A DNA stretch of 63,902 nt, counting the filler, from Octopus bimaculoides (taxonomy: Eukaryota), in assembly GCF_001194135.2 (NCBI RefSeq). It is 7 parts of 7 records of this genome, joined end to end, with 100 filler letters (N's around TTAATTAATTAA, not from the genome) between each part and the next. Parts side by side here need not be neighbours in the genome. Positions count along the whole stretch, not along the records: positions 59,402 to 62,502 come from NC_068990.1; positions 62,603 to 63,902 come from NW_026394316.1; 5 more parts are not named here. The stretch is one strand, 5' to 3'. A program made the translations under genes and the position numbers. The notes under the pieces were generated by a model. That model searched no databases. It saw nothing but the letters and a program-made list of their open reading frames with translations, and was not told the origin of the DNA. Below are positions 60,814 to 63,902 of this stretch, in pieces (the stretch's first letter is position 1; the number at the start of each line of letters is the position of its first letter).

Positions 60814-61383
60814 NNNNNNNNNNNNNNNNNNNNNNNNNNNNNNNNNNNNNNNNNNNNNNNNNNNNNNNNNNNNNNNNNNNNNNNNNNNNNNNNNNNNNNN
60901 NNNNNNNNNNNNNNNNNNNNNNNNNNNNNNNNNNNNNNNNNNNNNNNNNNNNNNNNNNNNNNNNNNNNNNNNNNNNNNNNNNNNNNNNNNNNNNNNNNNN
61001 NNNNNNNNNNNNNNNNNNNNNNNNNNNNNNNNNNNNNNNNNNNNNNNNNNNNNNNNNNNNNNNNNNNNNNNNNNNNNNNNNNNNNNNNNNNNNNNNNNNN
61101 NNNNNNNNNNNNNNNNNNNNNNNNNNNNNNNNNNNNNNNNNNNNNNNNNNNNNNNNNNNNNNNNNNNNNNNNNNNNNNNNNNNNNNNNNNNNNNNNNNNN
61201 NNNNNNNNNNNNNNNNNNNNNNNNNNNNNNNNNNNNNNNNNNNNNNNNNNNNNNNNNNNNNNNNNNNNNNNNNNNNNNNNNNNNNNNNNNNNNNNNNNNN
61301 NNNNNNNNNNNNNNNNNNNNNNNNNNNNNNNNNNNNNNNNNNNNNNNNNNNNNNNNNNNNNNNNNNNNNNNNNNNNNNNNNNN

Positions 61384-61435
61384 GTTGATCGGATCAAATG
61401 GAACCCTCGACGTCGTAAGCGACGAAGTCCCAACA
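61384..61435 (+). mobile_element. SINE family C 3' end (body in gap)
   Basis: GTTGATCGGATCAA..CCCTCGACGTCGTAAGCGACG..CAACAAC. Confidence 0.85.
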
Positions 61436-61639
61436 ACTATATCTAGTGGTAATACAAACTAAATTTTTCAAAACCATGATTATTTTTAATTTCTGCTCAA
61501 TCTCCCATTGGTGGTATGCGCATATTAGAAACAAAGAAGATTTTTTGTAGGTTTTTTGTTTGTTTTTTTTTTGGGGGGGGGGATGCGTCCAGTAGCTATC
61601 TCTTGTATTTTGTTGAGTGCTGTGTTTTTCGCGGCGTGT

Positions 61640-62075
61640 TATTAAAGCCCAAACACTTTACATCTAAGGATTCTGGCAGTGAACCTAAGCGCCAGAAGAA
61701 GGTTATGACGCCCCATTAGAAGGCACAACTGTTGGATATGTTCCGGGAAGGTAACAGTTATGCTGCAGTAGGTCGCTATTATGTTGTCAACAAAAGCACC
61801 ATATGCTACACAAAGAAAAACGAGGTGGCGACTAGGGCAACCATCGCAGTAAGTTTCTGTGAAAGTGCCAAAAAGATAACGATAGTAAGAAATAAGCACT
61901 TCGTCAGGGTTGAATCTGCCTTGGCATTGTGGATCAGTGACTGCAAGAAGGAAAACATCCCCTTGAGCGGTAACATCATCCGCGAGAAAGTGCGGAAATT
62001 ATACCAGCAGCTCAACAGAGGAGACGGGGCAGAAAGCACCGAAGAACTGCAACCAAGACCAAATACATGCATAAA
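61640..62075 (+). pseudogene. Tigger/pogo transposase N-terminal (CENP-B-type HTH) fragment
   Basis: PKRQKKVMT..*KAQLLDMFREGNSYAAVGRYY.VNKSTI..ESALALWISDCKKENIPLSGNIIREK.RKLY; truncated at (TACA)n. Confidence 0.85.
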
Positions 62076-63009
62076 ACAAAACATACATACATACATACAT
62101 ACATACATACATACATACATACATACATACATACATACATACATACCCTGCTGATGTTATTGAAATTCCAATGAAGGAGCCTTGGATCTAAGTTCGAAAC
62201 CGGCTCTTATTCTATCGATATGAAATCTTGAAAATAAACTGAATAATGACATACATATATACATACATACATACATACATACATACATAGGATATTCCTA
62301 AATTATCTTTAACTTGCACAGTCTATTGCACGTATCGATTAAACGACTAAATACGTTGCGCGCAACCAATGGAATCCGCGTGGACGTGTTCTGATGTTCC
62401 TAACAAAACGTTTTGTTTGCCAATGAGTTCCGCGATTTGACCTCAGAGAGCACAAAGTCAGAATAAGCAATGGTTTCGAATTTTAGCACAAGGCCAGCAA
62501 TTNNNNNNNNNNNNNNNNNNNNNNNNNNNNNNNNNNNNNNNNNNNNTTAATTAATTAANNNNNNNNNNNNNNNNNNNNNNNNNNNNNNNNNNNNNNNNNN
62601 NNTGTACTGAAATAGCAGATGTAAAAAATACCAGACCACCACCAGAAAACCCAGCATGCTAGAGACAAAAAGCTATAAGTGAAACATTGGGAGTTTGCAG
62701 TCTTTTGAGAGTGGTGAGGTGATGGGCGAATGTTTGGGAAGGGGATTTGAGTGTTTCTTCAAGAAAAAAAAGGAAGAAGAAAATTTGTAAAGATTGATAG
62801 TCTCTGTTTTTTCTCTGTGGGTTACCAAGAAAAAAATTTGGAAAAAAGTAAAATGAAGAAATTGGGATGAAGAGGGAGAAAATTAAAATACTGAGAATGT
62901 GTTTTTTGGGCAAAATCCTAATCTCTTGTATTGAAAACATAGGAGTTGGAAGAAATTTAGAAAAAAGATAAGGGAGGGGCGCAAATGTCACATTGTATAT
63001 GTGAGAAAC

Positions 63010-63902
63010 AACAAGTAATACCATACCTAGCAAAAATTTCATGCAGAAATTCAACTGCTACCGTGGATGTCAGTTTTCTGCATTTACACATTTCTGGCCA
63101 TTTAGTAATTAGAAAATATGATCGGTTTAACGGTTCTGCGAAGTTTATGTGTATTCTTGACCATGGAATATCAGTTTGGGGACAAGGTTGAAATTTTATA
63201 GGTGATGATTTTGCTGTCAGAACACAACCTCTGCAGGATTTTACCAGCCTCTCGATATCTAGATCCATTTTTGGCCAGTAAATTTGAAACTGTGTTACAT
63301 CCAGCCACATGTATTTTTTTATTTGTTTCTTCTGATATCACTATTTTTTTCATTTTTATGATAAACTCATCTGTCTCTGCCTTAATTTTTATTTCCTCCA
63401 ATGTCACAGGCAATTCATGCACAACACCGTACAATATATCTTTTTTTTCATTTTCGGCTTTTAACGCCACTGTCATTGTGTCTTCTAGTGATTCACTGTA
63501 TTTTGGTATTAATCTTGACAAACCATCTGCATGTCCCAATTTTTTCGATGGCAAATACTCCATCTTGAAGTTGTAATTCAGTAGGATCATTCCCCAGTAC
63601 TGCAATCTGTTGGCTATATAAGTGGTGATCCATAGAGTAACAATAATGGGTGGTGGTCTGTCTGCAGACAGAACCTTCTTCCATGTATAAATTTATGGAA
63701 TTTTTTTACTACAAATATAATGCCTCTTTTTTTATTTGATGGTAGTTTTTCTCAACCAGTAATAATGAACGTGAAACATGAGCTTACTACTTTCAGGCTA
63801 CCAGCTTCATATTTGTGTAAAATCACAGCTCCAATAACTAACACACGCGACTGATTCCTTCACTTGCTCCTAAAATCTTTGCCGAATTAATACGACCATA
63901 AC
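63010..63902 (-). pseudogene. Ty3/Gypsy pol fragment (RNase H to integrase), decayed, with deletions
   Basis: EKNY; QTDH.PL; WGMILLNYNFKMEYLPSKKLGHADGLSRL; YWPKMDLDIERLVKSCRGC; PWSRIHINF. Confidence 0.9.

Overview
Eukaryotic, repeat-dense non-coding DNA with many N gaps. The SINE families and the very high microsatellite density point to an Octopus (coleoid cephalopod) assembly; this is inferred, not database-confirmed. No intact protein-coding gene, tRNA gene, rRNA gene or CRISPR array is supportable. The window holds about 30 copies of three tRNA-headed SINE families (called A, B and C here). It also holds decayed fragments of L1/Tx1 ORF2, an apparently ORF1-only Tx1-like element, three R4/Dong-type RLE LINEs, RTE, Penelope, Ty3/Gypsy, Tc1, mariner, Tigger/pogo and Helitron, plus hAT- and piggyBac-type MITEs. 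A few + strand micro-exon candidates are weakly supported. The most interesting signal is a set of unrelated short fold-back elements. Several carry hammerhead ribozyme cores (7750+, 7524-, 16701+, 21848+, 27931-, 32361-, 52678+) and several carry a tRNA-like head in the loop (5763, 7478, 47054). They lie in the same window as a Penelope coding fragment, which suggests a Penelope-dependent, ribozyme-bearing SINE/retrozyme system. All alignments and folds were done by eye.
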